Of a stretch of 64,000 bases of DNA, positions 8,600 through 16,683 are shown piece by piece. Each line of letters opens with the position of its first letter. Positions within the stretch are counted from its first letter, which is position 1. The stretch lies in contig JAZNWF010000046.1 in assembly GCA_045593165.1 (NCBI GenBank), forward strand, positions 23,404 through 87,403. Direction: 5' to 3'. Made by a program: the position numbers and the translations under genes. The notes below the pieces were generated by a model. That model saw only the letters and a list, made by a program, of their open reading frames with translations. It had not been told where the DNA came from and did not search any database. This stretch comes from Eubacteriales bacterium. GTDB lineage: Bacteria > Bacillota > Clostridia > Oscillospirales > CAG-382.

Positions 8600-9463
8600 A
8601 TGAAAAAAGTGCTTATTGTTATTATTGCAGTCTGTATCGTTTTGCCGCTTTGTGCCTGTGGCGGAAAAATCGATTCGGAATCATCAGCAGAGGATTTATC
8701 CGATACAAGCATCTCACGCGAATTGCCGGATTTTCTCACGCGTGAATTGCCCGAAGCTATCGAAAAATATAACGATCCGCCTTCATATACCGGTTCTGCG
8801 AACATGCCGTTTGAAATATGGTTTTCAGATACTCGTCTGCGCGAAACACAAAAAACAGAAAAGCTCGCCGCAAGCGGTGATGAGCTGTGTAAAATTTTAC
8901 TCGAAATGAAAGAAAGCGCGCATATATGTATGTATATGGGCAGTATCTGCTCTCATAAGCCGAATTATGATTATTATTACGTTAACCGTGAATACGAAGA
9001 AAGCGATTATGCATATTTGTCCGATATGTACGATTTTTCACGCAGAGGCATATATGATGCTTACAGCGTGTATGCGGAGATCGCGCTTTACCGCCTTACA
9101 GCCGTGCAGGAAAAATGTAGGATTTGTATTCCCGATTATCTATATCTGTTCACAGGCAGGGGTAAGATTTGTCCCGACAATATAGAGCAGCTTGATTCGC
9201 TTGTTGCGGAAATGATGTCAAAGCCGTTGTCAGAACTTGCAAATGCACCCGAAAAATACGGTTATCTTTCGGTAATACGGCTTGCAGAGGGATATTACGA
9301 TAGCGGAGAGAATGCAAAGGCTTGTAATGAAGGCTTGCTGAAAATCAAAGCAATTGCCGAAGAAGATGATTTATTCACAAAGGCATCGGATATTGATAAC
9401 TGGCTTCAGGACAACAGCGATATTTTTTACGGCATCAGAGCACTTCTCGAAAAGATAAAATGA
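8600..9463 (+). CDS. Lipoprotein of unknown function
   Basis: GGAGGA RBS. Signal peptide MKKVLIVIIAVCIVLPLCACGG has a lipobox-like LCAC. I recognised no other domain. Confidence 0.65.
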   Translation: MKKVLIVIIAVCIVLPLCACGGKIDSESSAEDLSDTSISRELPDFLTRELPEAIEKYNDPPSYTGSANMPFEIWFSDTRLRETQKTEKLAASGDELCKILLEMKESAHICMYMGSICSHKPNYDYYYVNREYEESDYAYLSDMYDFSRRGIYDAYSVYAEIALYRLTAVQEKCRICIPDYLYLFTGRGKICPDNIEQLDSLVAEMMSKPLSELANAPEKYGYLSVIRLAEGYYDSGENAKACNEGLLKIKAIAEEDDLFTKASDIDNWLQDNSDIFYGIRALLEKIK

Positions 9464-9475
9464 ACAAAAAGGCAG

Positions 9476-10147
9476 TTAAACCACTGCCTTTTTCTTATCG
9501 TAAATTTTTTCTGAGATGAAAACTATGAAGAATACCGTAATGCCGACAGCGACACCTGCGAAAACGTCCAAAATCGAATGTTGCTTTATAAATACGGTGG
9601 CGAGCGAGATGAGTATGCACATTACGAACGACAACGCCTTTATAAAGTATCTTTTTGCAAACGGGCGTAGCCGGAACGTGGAAAACATCAATGCCCACGC
9701 AACCGTTACGTGCATAGACGGCATACAGTTTCTCGGGGGCGAATCCGCCGTATAAATGAGCTGTACGAGCTTTGTTGCGATATTTTCTCTGCCGAGCGTG
9801 TTGAAATCGGGGCGCATCGAGATATCGATTCCGTTCGGTACGAAAATGCAGAATATCATCGGGATTGCCATACAAAGCGTCAAAAGCATATCGGTGCGGA
9901 TAAATTCGCGCTTGCCGTGATAAAGCGAATATATAAGCATAAACGCTATCCAGAAATACCAAAAAACGTAGGGGAATATAAACCACTCGCAAAAGGGTAT
10001 CTTGTCGTCAAGCGGGGAATATAAAAGCCAGACGTCCATATCGGCAAATATTTTGCCGAATAATCCGTAGGTTATAAAATGTATCGGCCAATAAATAAGC
10101 AAAAGACAGTATTTATTGGCTTTTATATAATCAAGTATTTTTTTCAT
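9476..10147 (-). CDS. PAP2-superfamily integral membrane protein (PAP2_C / phosphatidic-acid-phosphatase-like)
   Basis: 223 aa and polytopic. Motifs PSMHV and HSILDV (H-x3-D) near the C-terminus. Confidence 0.7.
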   Translation of the reverse strand: MKKILDYIKANKYCLLLIYWPIHFITYGLFGKIFADMDVWLLYSPLDDKIPFCEWFIFPYVFWYFWIAFMLIYSLYHGKREFIRTDMLLTLCMAIPMIFCIFVPNGIDISMRPDFNTLGRENIATKLVQLIYTADSPPRNCMPSMHVTVAWALMFSTFRLRPFAKRYFIKALSFVMCILISLATVFIKQHSILDVFAGVAVGITVFFIVFISEKIYDKKKAVV

Positions 10148-10239
10148 AAAACCTCATACGCGGAATATTGCAAATACCGCCGTTTTTCAACAAGAGCCGT
10201 AGAAGAAAAGCCGCGCGCGGCGGCTTTATGCGGTTTGCG

Positions 10240-11340
10240 TTAATCGATATATTGCAATTTTACTCTGTGCTTTAACGAACAGAGTATTTCGTAGTTTATC
10301 GTGCCCATTGCTTCGGCAAGACGGTCGATGTCCTCGCTCGTTTCGAATATAACGGCTTCGTCGCGCACCTTGCAATCACCGTCTATACCGATGTCTACCA
10401 TACACATATCCATACATATCTTGCCAACGGTGGCGTATGTCTTGCCGTTTATACGGATAAGCTCCTTGCCCGAATAAACGCGTGAAAAGCCGTCGGCGTA
10501 GCCTATAGATATTACCGCGACCTTGGTATCGTTTTCAGCGCGGTAGGTACAGCCGTAGCTTACGCAATCGCCCTTTTTCAATTCGTGCACGGCACAAACA
10601 CGTGCAGAAAGCTTCATCGCAAGCGATATATTATCGTTGCGCACCTGCTTCGACGGCATAAGTCCGTAAAGGATAATGCCTGCGCGCACCATATCGAGAT
10701 GCATTTCCTTGTATCTGAGCGTTGCCGCACTGTTGCAGCAATGCTTCGCCCCGACGTTTACGCCGTTTTGCTTTAGTTCGTCAAGCAAAGCGGAAAATAC
10801 GTTGAACTGCCTTTCGGTAAATTCCTTGTCGCTTCCGTCGCTGTCGGCAAAATGGGTGAATATGCCCTCTATGGAAATATTATCAAGTGATGCTATTTCC
10901 TTGATTTCGTTATATGCATTTGCGATATCGTCTTCCGAGTGGCAATAAATCCCGAGACGCGACATACCCGTATCCACCTTTACGTGAATGCGCACCTTGC
11001 CCTTTTTGGAGATCGCGCTTGCGTATTCAAGGCTGTCGACCGCCTGAATAAAGTTGCCCTCTATTACCTCGTGTATCAGCTTTGCATCGGTCGGACCCAA
11101 TATAAGAATGTTGCAATCGATTCCCGAGCTTTTCAGCTCCTGCGCCTCGCTTAAGCAGGCAACGGCAAAATCGCGGCAGCCGTTTTCATAAAGCGTTTTG
11201 GATATTACCTCCGCGCCGTGACCGTACGCGTCAGCCTTTACCACCGCCATTACCTTGCTGTCTCCGACAAGTGACTGTATGTAGTTGTAATTGCGTTTTA
11301 CGGTTGAAAGATCAACCTGCGCCGTTACTCTGTGCTTCAT
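10240..11340 (-). CDS. alr: Alanine racemase
   Basis: 366 aa. PLP-lysine motif VMAVVKADAYGHG; C-terminal ...SYGCTY...VGKICMDMCMVD. Confidence 0.95.
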   Translation of the reverse strand: MKHRVTAQVDLSTVKRNYNYIQSLVGDSKVMAVVKADAYGHGAEVISKTLYENGCRDFAVACLSEAQELKSSGIDCNILILGPTDAKLIHEVIEGNFIQAVDSLEYASAISKKGKVRIHVKVDTGMSRLGIYCHSEDDIANAYNEIKEIASLDNISIEGIFTHFADSDGSDKEFTERQFNVFSALLDELKQNGVNVGAKHCCNSAATLRYKEMHLDMVRAGIILYGLMPSKQVRNDNISLAMKLSARVCAVHELKKGDCVSYGCTYRAENDTKVAVISIGYADGFSRVYSGKELIRINGKTYATVGKICMDMCMVDIGIDGDCKVRDEAVIFETSEDIDRLAEAMGTINYEILCSLKHRVKLQYID

Positions 11341-11821
11341 ATGGCTCGAGCGTTATTATAACGAAATCAAAGCTTCGTCCGCTCTCCTCCGTTCCGATAC
11401 CTGTTATAAGCCCGGTATCCTTATCATAATACACCATAATCTCGTTTTCGTCAATAGTGTACTTCATACCGTTTTCGGTTTCAATGCCGTTTTCTTCACA
11501 CGCTGAAAGCAATTTGATTGCCTTTGCGAAGGATTCCTGTGCAGGAAATGTGCCAACGGCAACGTCACGGATAAAATCACCCGTTCCTGCCGTGTTTCCG
11601 TCTTCTCGGAATCGTAACGTGAGCCCCGAAAGCACGTGCTCCTCGTCGAAGGTGATATCACATCCGTCGGCACGGACGTCTGCGGTAAATAACGCATCGC
11701 TGTTGTCGAGCCGCGCGGTGATCTTCATCGGCAATGTGAAGCTTTCTCCGGGTTCGTATTTTGCCGTGCATCCGCTTAAAGCGGTCAACGTAAGAATAAG
11801 CAGAAGTAAAGCCTTTTTCAT
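11312..11821 (-). CDS. Lipoprotein of unknown function
   Basis: MKKALLLLILTLTALSGC lipobox. Start set at the second ATG (11821). The 3' end overlaps the alr start by 29 nt. Confidence 0.65.
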   Translation of the reverse strand: MKKALLLLILTLTALSGCTAKYEPGESFTLPMKITARLDNSDALFTADVRADGCDITFDEEHVLSGLTLRFREDGNTAGTGDFIRDVAVGTFPAQESFAKAIKLLSACEENGIETENGMKYTIDENEIMVYYDKDTGLITGIGTEESGRSFDFVIITLEPYEAQSNGAG

Positions 11822-11890
11822 TTCAAAACCGTCCTTTCGATAAAACGATATGCACATATGGAAAAAATATGCAGGACGGTCGAAGCTTTG

Positions 11891-12619
11891 CTAATTACAG
11901 CCTCTTACGGTCGGCAGACTGAATACTCCGTTTTGGTATATCGGCAGGATACGGTTGTAGATATAGCTTTTTCCGAAAAGCCCGTGTATGACGCCGTTTC
12001 CCGCGTCGATAAGCATTCTTAACGTGTGTCCTCGTTCGAGTATCGCGCCGTACGTGCGGTCACCGTCTACAACGGTTACCGCGCGGAGCCCGTCCTTAAG
12101 CGTGCTCATCGCGTAAAGCTCGTGATGCGGAGATATAAAGTCGGTTATTCTTTCATTTCGGTCGGCTTGGCATAAAAGCGACTGCCTGCGTCCGCAAAGG
12201 TCGTATAAATATACGCTTTTGTCGAATGCCGCGACAATAAACCGTTCGTTTCCGATGGTGGTGAACGATGCGTCGTTAAGCACGGTATCGCCCTCGCATG
12301 CTCCCCCACAGCCGCAATCGCGAAGCGTGTTCAGAATTACCGAATCGTTTTCGCGGAAATTTTCGTCGAGCATATACATTTCGGCGCGCTCACAGCAGGC
12401 AAGGGCGGTGTATCCGCACGAGCCGTCGGAGCGAAGCCGACGGTATGAGCGAAGAGTGTCTATCCGCCTGTTGCAACCGTTTTCGGCGTTGACGATATGA
12501 ATTTTGCATTCGTTTCCGTCGGTTGCGGCAATATGATCGGTATTTACGACGGCAGATACCGCCGCACGCCGATTATCAAGTATAAAAGTTTTCAAAACGT
12601 TAACATTCAAAGCAATCAC
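11891..12619 (-). CDS. Cysteine-rich hypothetical protein
   Basis: 242-aa ORF with a GTG start and a weak RBS, so the start is uncertain. No signal peptide. About a dozen Cys, including ACCERA and DCGCGGAC. No recognisable domain. Confidence 0.45.
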   Translation of the reverse strand: MIALNVNVLKTFILDNRRAAVSAVVNTDHIAATDGNECKIHIVNAENGCNRRIDTLRSYRRLRSDGSCGYTALACCERAEMYMLDENFRENDSVILNTLRDCGCGGACEGDTVLNDASFTTIGNERFIVAAFDKSVYLYDLCGRRQSLLCQADRNERITDFISPHHELYAMSTLKDGLRAVTVVDGDRTYGAILERGHTLRMLIDAGNGVIHGLFGKSYIYNRILPIYQNGVFSLPTVRGCN

Positions 12620-12669
12620 TCCCGATATAATTATATTCCGGAAAACGTATAAATGTATAACTATTCCTC

Positions 12670-12698
12670 TTGATTTTTGACAGTATAGTATATATAAT
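12670..12698 (+). promoter_or_regulatory. Putative sigma-A promoter for the SGNH/DUF4855 gene pair
   Basis: TTGATT, a 17-nt spacer, then TATAAT, about 50 nt upstream of ATG 12751. Confidence 0.55.
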
Positions 12699-12750
12699 CA
12701 TATATGTGGGAAAGTATACGTATATAAAGGCTGTGTAAGGGATTGAAAAA

Positions 12751-13758
12751 ATGAAAAAAATGATTTCTCGGTTGCTTTTTATTGCGCTTTCGCTCTCACT
12801 CGTTTCCTGCGGTGCTTTCGGTGATGCATCGGACACCTCAAAGGAAAAAGAACCCGTATCGGACGGAGCTCCCGTTGTGAACACGTCGGTGACGGTTCAG
12901 GAGGGAAGCGAGGGCGGTAAAAAGAAAATAGATATTCTTGTTCTCGGCGACTCGATTGCCCGCGGATATGGGCTCGAAGACGTTGATAAGGAACGCTTTT
13001 CCGCAATATTAAAGGATATGCTTTCAAACGAAAGCACCGAGGTGTCCGTAGCAAATTACGGCATCGACGGTCTTACGGGCGCAGAGCTTGTAACCAAGCT
13101 TCAAGATGAGGATATAAGCGAGCTTTCCGATTGCGATTACGTTATCATAAGCATCGGCGGCAACAATATATTGGGTCAGCTTCAGAACCTTCTCGGTATG
13201 CTCGTTTTACCGCAGGAATTTGACCCGAGCGTATTTTCGGAATACTTTTCCTACGTGTTCTCGGGTGAAACCGATTCCGAACGTGCGGCGTACGTGCGAG
13301 ATATGATCAACGAGCTTATAAAGAGCGTATGCGACGTTTTTGAAAGCGAAGAATTCAGGCAGATGGTTGTTTCCGCAGGCGAATCGCTCCGCGAGGAGAT
13401 ACCTGCGATCGTTTCGGCGATAAGGGAGAAGAATCCCGATGCAAAAATACTGCTTCAGACGGTATATAATCCGTACGGAAATATAAGCATATCTCTACCC
13501 GGAATAGAAGCCGTGCTCGATATGTCAAAATACGGCGAATTTGCCGTTTCGTCGCTTAACGAGGCGATACTTTCGCTTGCCGAGGAAAACGGATATACCG
13601 TTGCGCAGGTTCACGAGGAGTTCGAAAGATCCGACAAGCCGCTTACCAACGCGGGCATAAATCTCGGTACGGCGCAGTTCAGCGTCGATCCGCACCCCAA
13701 TGCCGACGGGCATAAAAAGATAGCAAACATTTACTATAAGATCATCAAGGAGGGATAA
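12751..13758 (+). CDS. SGNH/GDSL-family hydrolase lipoprotein
   Basis: Signal peptide with LVSCG lipobox. Block I LGDSIARGYG, block III GGNN, block V DPHPNADGH. Confidence 0.85.
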   Translation: MKKMISRLLFIALSLSLVSCGAFGDASDTSKEKEPVSDGAPVVNTSVTVQEGSEGGKKKIDILVLGDSIARGYGLEDVDKERFSAILKDMLSNESTEVSVANYGIDGLTGAELVTKLQDEDISELSDCDYVIISIGGNNILGQLQNLLGMLVLPQEFDPSVFSEYFSYVFSGETDSERAAYVRDMINELIKSVCDVFESEEFRQMVVSAGESLREEIPAIVSAIREKNPDAKILLQTVYNPYGNISISLPGIEAVLDMSKYGEFAVSSLNEAILSLAEENGYTVAQVHEEFERSDKPLTNAGINLGTAQFSVDPHPNADGHKKIANIYYKIIKEG

Positions 13759-13760
13759 AA

Positions 13761-15884
13761 GTGCGCAAAAAGCTTTCTGTGTTGCTTCTTACGCTGTGTA
13801 TGATGCTGAATTGCTTCGGCATATATGCATATGCGGACGAAGAGGGCTTCAATCTGGCAGAAGGCCTTTCATACAAGATATCGACGGGCGAGCCCGTCAC
13901 GATGTCTTACGCACTTTTTTCTCAAGACGGAATAAATTACGACGAGGATAATGGTCAGCTTACCGATTCCAAAACAGCTATGACGTCGCAGGTGTCGAAC
14001 GGTTGGTATCGTTCGTATAAGGGCAAAAGCAGGGTCGTAAGCTTCGATTTGGGGCAGGTATGCTCGATAACCCGTGTGGAAGCGGGCTTTTTGCATTCCA
14101 AGCAGGCGCAGATATACGCCCCTCGCTACATAAAGGTGCTCTTATCGCACGACGGCGTAGAATACGGCACGGTGACGGAATACGAAACCGGCTTTGATAT
14201 CAGTACCGAGCTTGTCAGCCGTCAGGAATTTACGGTGGATTTCGGCGCTACCTATTCGGCAAGATACGTTAAGGTCATATACTCCTGCGACGTGTTCAGC
14301 TATTGCGACGAAATAAGAATAATCGGCGAAAAAATATTGTTCGGCGGTGAAAAAACGGTCACTCCCGATAAAGATACTGCCAAGGGCGGCTATCAGACCG
14401 AGCATTCGGGCAATAAAAATATTGTCAAGCTGTATAACGGCAGTGTGAATAAGGCGTCGGCTCTTAATGAGGACGCGCTCATTCCTTACGTTGCATACGT
14501 AGGAGCAGACGGAAATATTTCGGGTATGATGTTTGATTCCGTTGCGTTCGTTCCCGATAAAAATGCGATAATCGACACGTCTGCGATAAGCGATTGGGAA
14601 ACGTATCTCGAAAATACCTTCAAGGCAGGACAGGACGTCGATGCGTTGAACCAAACCGCAGGCAAGGTGTATTCACATCTCAATATAGAACAGAAAATGG
14701 GAGTGTATCTCACTATTCCGTTCGTTGCTCCGAGTGACATTCCGTTCGGCGATATAAACGGCGACGGTATGATCGACGGACGCAGTACGGTAGAGGAACG
14801 CTATGCAATAGTTGAATGGTATATCAATCAGTGCACGAAGCTTTTCCTGCGCGGAATGTATGATAATTTAAAGCTGAGCGGCTTTATATGGGGCAATGAC
14901 GAGATATCGCTTTCGGTTTCCAAGGATGAATATGATTTTATCAGTCGGAGCAATGCGTATCTGAAGGAAAAAAGACTTTATCTTATTACCGAGTTCGGAT
15001 ATCTTTCCGAGGGCTTTGACGAATCGGGAGAGCTTGGGCTTACGGGTGCGGTAATGCGTCCCGAGGCGTTTGGCTCTGCGACCGATGAAAATTATTATTT
15101 CGATCCCGCAATGATAGAGGAGTTTGCTTACACCGCGAAAAATAACGGTCTTGGTGTAGGTATAGAAACCGATTCCGTTGCGGCATTCACGGGAGAAAAC
15201 TACCGTAAGGCAGGCAAGGAATACGAGAATTATCTGTTCGGCGGATATAAAAACGGATATATAAATGCGCTCAAGATTTTTTCGCAGGGCGAGGGTAAGG
15301 GTGCTTTTTATGAATTTTGCCACACCGATATAAGCACTCCGCGCGGAAGATATCTGCGCCGCCTTTACGACCTGACTTATCAGTTTATACACGGAGTTTA
15401 TAAAAACGATGCACCCATTGTTTCTATTCCCGATATGGAAATGTACGTCGGTGATTCAAGCATAACTACCGCGATTTCGATAAGCGATGCCGATTCCTAC
15501 CGCGAGGATATCGTTATTGAGTTTGCGATCGAGCCGCAAAACGGAAGCGTAGCAGTTGCGGCGGACGGAAGTACGCTTATATATCGCGCTAACGAGGGCT
15601 TTATAGGCAGTGACAGCTTTACCGTAAGGGTAAGTGACGGCTTCAACTATTCCGAGCCCGCAACCGTTATCGTTACCGTTTCCGAGCCCGAGCCCATCGT
15701 GAGCGAGGGCGACGTTTCGGATACGTTGTCGGACGAAAGTAAGCAGGATTCCGACGATTTGACGGGTAATACCGACGATAAATTAATAATAATGCTTGTA
15801 TGCGGATTGAGCGCGGTTATTGTTCTTATCGTTATCGTATCAAAAATAAAACGCTCACGCGCATCGAAAAAACGCAGAAGGTAA
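13761..15884 (+). CDS. Cell-surface protein: F5/8 type C (discoidin) domain + DUF4855-like domain + Ig/cadherin-like domain, C-terminal TM anchor
   Basis: 707 aa with a GTG start 6 nt after AAGGAGGG. It has a signal peptide. Discoidin-like segment VVSFDLGQVCSITRVEAGF...YIKVLLSHDGVEYG; Ig-like FTVRVSDGFNYSEPATVIVTV. The C-terminal hydrophobic helix is followed by KIKRSRASKKRRR. The DUF4855 assignment is from memory. Confidence 0.6.
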   Translation: MRKKLSVLLLTLCMMLNCFGIYAYADEEGFNLAEGLSYKISTGEPVTMSYALFSQDGINYDEDNGQLTDSKTAMTSQVSNGWYRSYKGKSRVVSFDLGQVCSITRVEAGFLHSKQAQIYAPRYIKVLLSHDGVEYGTVTEYETGFDISTELVSRQEFTVDFGATYSARYVKVIYSCDVFSYCDEIRIIGEKILFGGEKTVTPDKDTAKGGYQTEHSGNKNIVKLYNGSVNKASALNEDALIPYVAYVGADGNISGMMFDSVAFVPDKNAIIDTSAISDWETYLENTFKAGQDVDALNQTAGKVYSHLNIEQKMGVYLTIPFVAPSDIPFGDINGDGMIDGRSTVEERYAIVEWYINQCTKLFLRGMYDNLKLSGFIWGNDEISLSVSKDEYDFISRSNAYLKEKRLYLITEFGYLSEGFDESGELGLTGAVMRPEAFGSATDENYYFDPAMIEEFAYTAKNNGLGVGIETDSVAAFTGENYRKAGKEYENYLFGGYKNGYINALKIFSQGEGKGAFYEFCHTDISTPRGRYLRRLYDLTYQFIHGVYKNDAPIVSIPDMEMYVGDSSITTAISISDADSYREDIVIEFAIEPQNGSVAVAADGSTLIYRANEGFIGSDSFTVRVSDGFNYSEPATVIVTVSEPEPIVSEGDVSDTLSDESKQDSDDLTGNTDDKLIIMLVCGLSAVIVLIVIVSKIKRSRASKKRRR

Positions 15885-16010
15885 AGATACAGACCAAGAA
15901 AAACAAAGTTATTTTTCACGAAAAACGAGCATCGGCGTACGATTGTACGGCAGTCGAGTTTATCGTGAAAGTGCCCGAAAATACAATGAAATTTAATACC
16001 TTATAAAAAT

Positions 16011-16048
16011 AAGATATGCTTCTGATTTTAGTTTTGGAAGCATATCTT
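16011..16048. terminator. Bidirectional intrinsic terminator (12-bp perfect stem)
   Basis: aagatatgcttc-(14 nt)-gaagcatatctt, T-rich on both sides. Serves the + strand surface-protein gene and the - strand mazF. Confidence 0.75.
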
Positions 16049-16099
16049 ATCTTGTTTTATTCTTTCGGGCACGTAAAGAACGAGTTTTTCCTCGGTCTG

Positions 16100-16127
16100 A
16101 AGCTGTGCCCTATGACACAGCTTTTTT
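16100..16127 (+). terminator. Second plus-strand terminator-like hairpin abutting the mazF stop codon
   Basis: aagctgtg-ccctatga-cacagctt followed by ttttttatttt. There is no T-run in the minus orientation. Confidence 0.55.
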
Positions 16128-16133
16128 ATTTTC

Positions 16134-16520
16134 TTACATGAGACCGAAGCTTATGCCAATGGCGTTGTTTACCTGCTGCATGGTAACGTCGTCGAGCTTT
16201 CCCATGCGCTCTTTGAGCCTTCGTTTGTCTATGGTACGTATCTGTTCGAGCAGTATTACCGAGTTTTTTGCAAGTCCGCATCGACCCGTAACGCTTAAAG
16301 CCTCGCCTGCGGTTACCTCTATGTGTGTAGGTAGCTTATTTTTGCCGGTCTTGCTTGTAATAGCTGCGGCAATTACCGTGGGACTGTGCTTGTTGCCCGT
16401 ATCGTTCTGAACGATCAGGACGGGACGTATGCCGCCCTGCTCGGAGCCAACTACGGGGCTTAGATCCGCGTAATAGATATCGCCCCTACGGATACTGTCC
16501 TCGCTGTTTTGTGTCTTCAA
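16134..16520 (-). CDS. mazF: MazF/EndoA (PemK-family) type II toxin endoribonuclease
   Basis: [46 protein letters not shown]...KLPTHIEV...[16 protein letters not shown] closely resembles B. subtilis EndoA. Start set at TTG 16520, 9 nt after AAAGGAG; the track ORF extends to 16613. Confidence 0.9.
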   Translation of the reverse strand: MKTQNSEDSIRRGDIYYADLSPVVGSEQGGIRPVLIVQNDTGNKHSPTVIAAAITSKTGKNKLPTHIEVTAGEALSVTGRCGLAKNSVILLEQIRTIDKRRLKERMGKLDDVTMQQVNNAIGISFGLM

Positions 16521-16542
16521 TGTTATACACTCCTTTGTTTTA

Positions 16543-16571
16543 AGAATATGCAAGTGAGAACCGCTTTGCAA
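16543..16571 (-). promoter_or_regulatory. Putative mazF promoter
   Basis: Minus strand reads TTGCAA, a 17-nt spacer, then TATTCT, just upstream of the RBS. Weak -10, so tentative. Confidence 0.35.
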
Positions 16572-16580
16572 ATATATTTT

Positions 16581-16592
16581 TGCCATATGGCA
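16581..16592. promoter_or_regulatory. Perfect 12-bp palindrome TGCCATATGGCA, candidate operator upstream of mazF
   Basis: Read directly. It lies 9 nt upstream of the putative -35. Confidence 0.4.
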
Positions 16593-16637
16593 GAGGTTTA
16601 TTCCAAAGCGCAAAAGATAACAAAAACAGCAACAAAA

Positions 16638-16666
16638 AACCGCTCGACGTTAAACGCCAAGCGGTT
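16638..16666 (-). terminator. Intrinsic terminator of the RNHCP/membrane-protein operon
   Basis: Minus strand reads aaccgcttggcgtttaacgtcgagcggtt followed by ttttttg. Confidence 0.6.
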
Positions 16667-16683
16667 CGATTTAGTTTACATAA

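Noticed and set aside
16521-16613. N-terminal extension of mazF suggested by the ORF track (start at 16613), or the ATG inside the palindrome at 16592.
   Set aside because: Homology to EndoA begins at RRGDIYY. The TTG at 16520 has a strong AAAGGAG RBS at 9-nt spacing, and the upstream alternatives have none. The extension would also run through the putative promoter and palindrome.
16655-16672. A GGTTCGAT sequence resembling a tRNA T-loop.
   Set aside because: The flanking sequence cannot form T-arm, acceptor or anticodon stems. It is the 3' arm region of the operon terminator.
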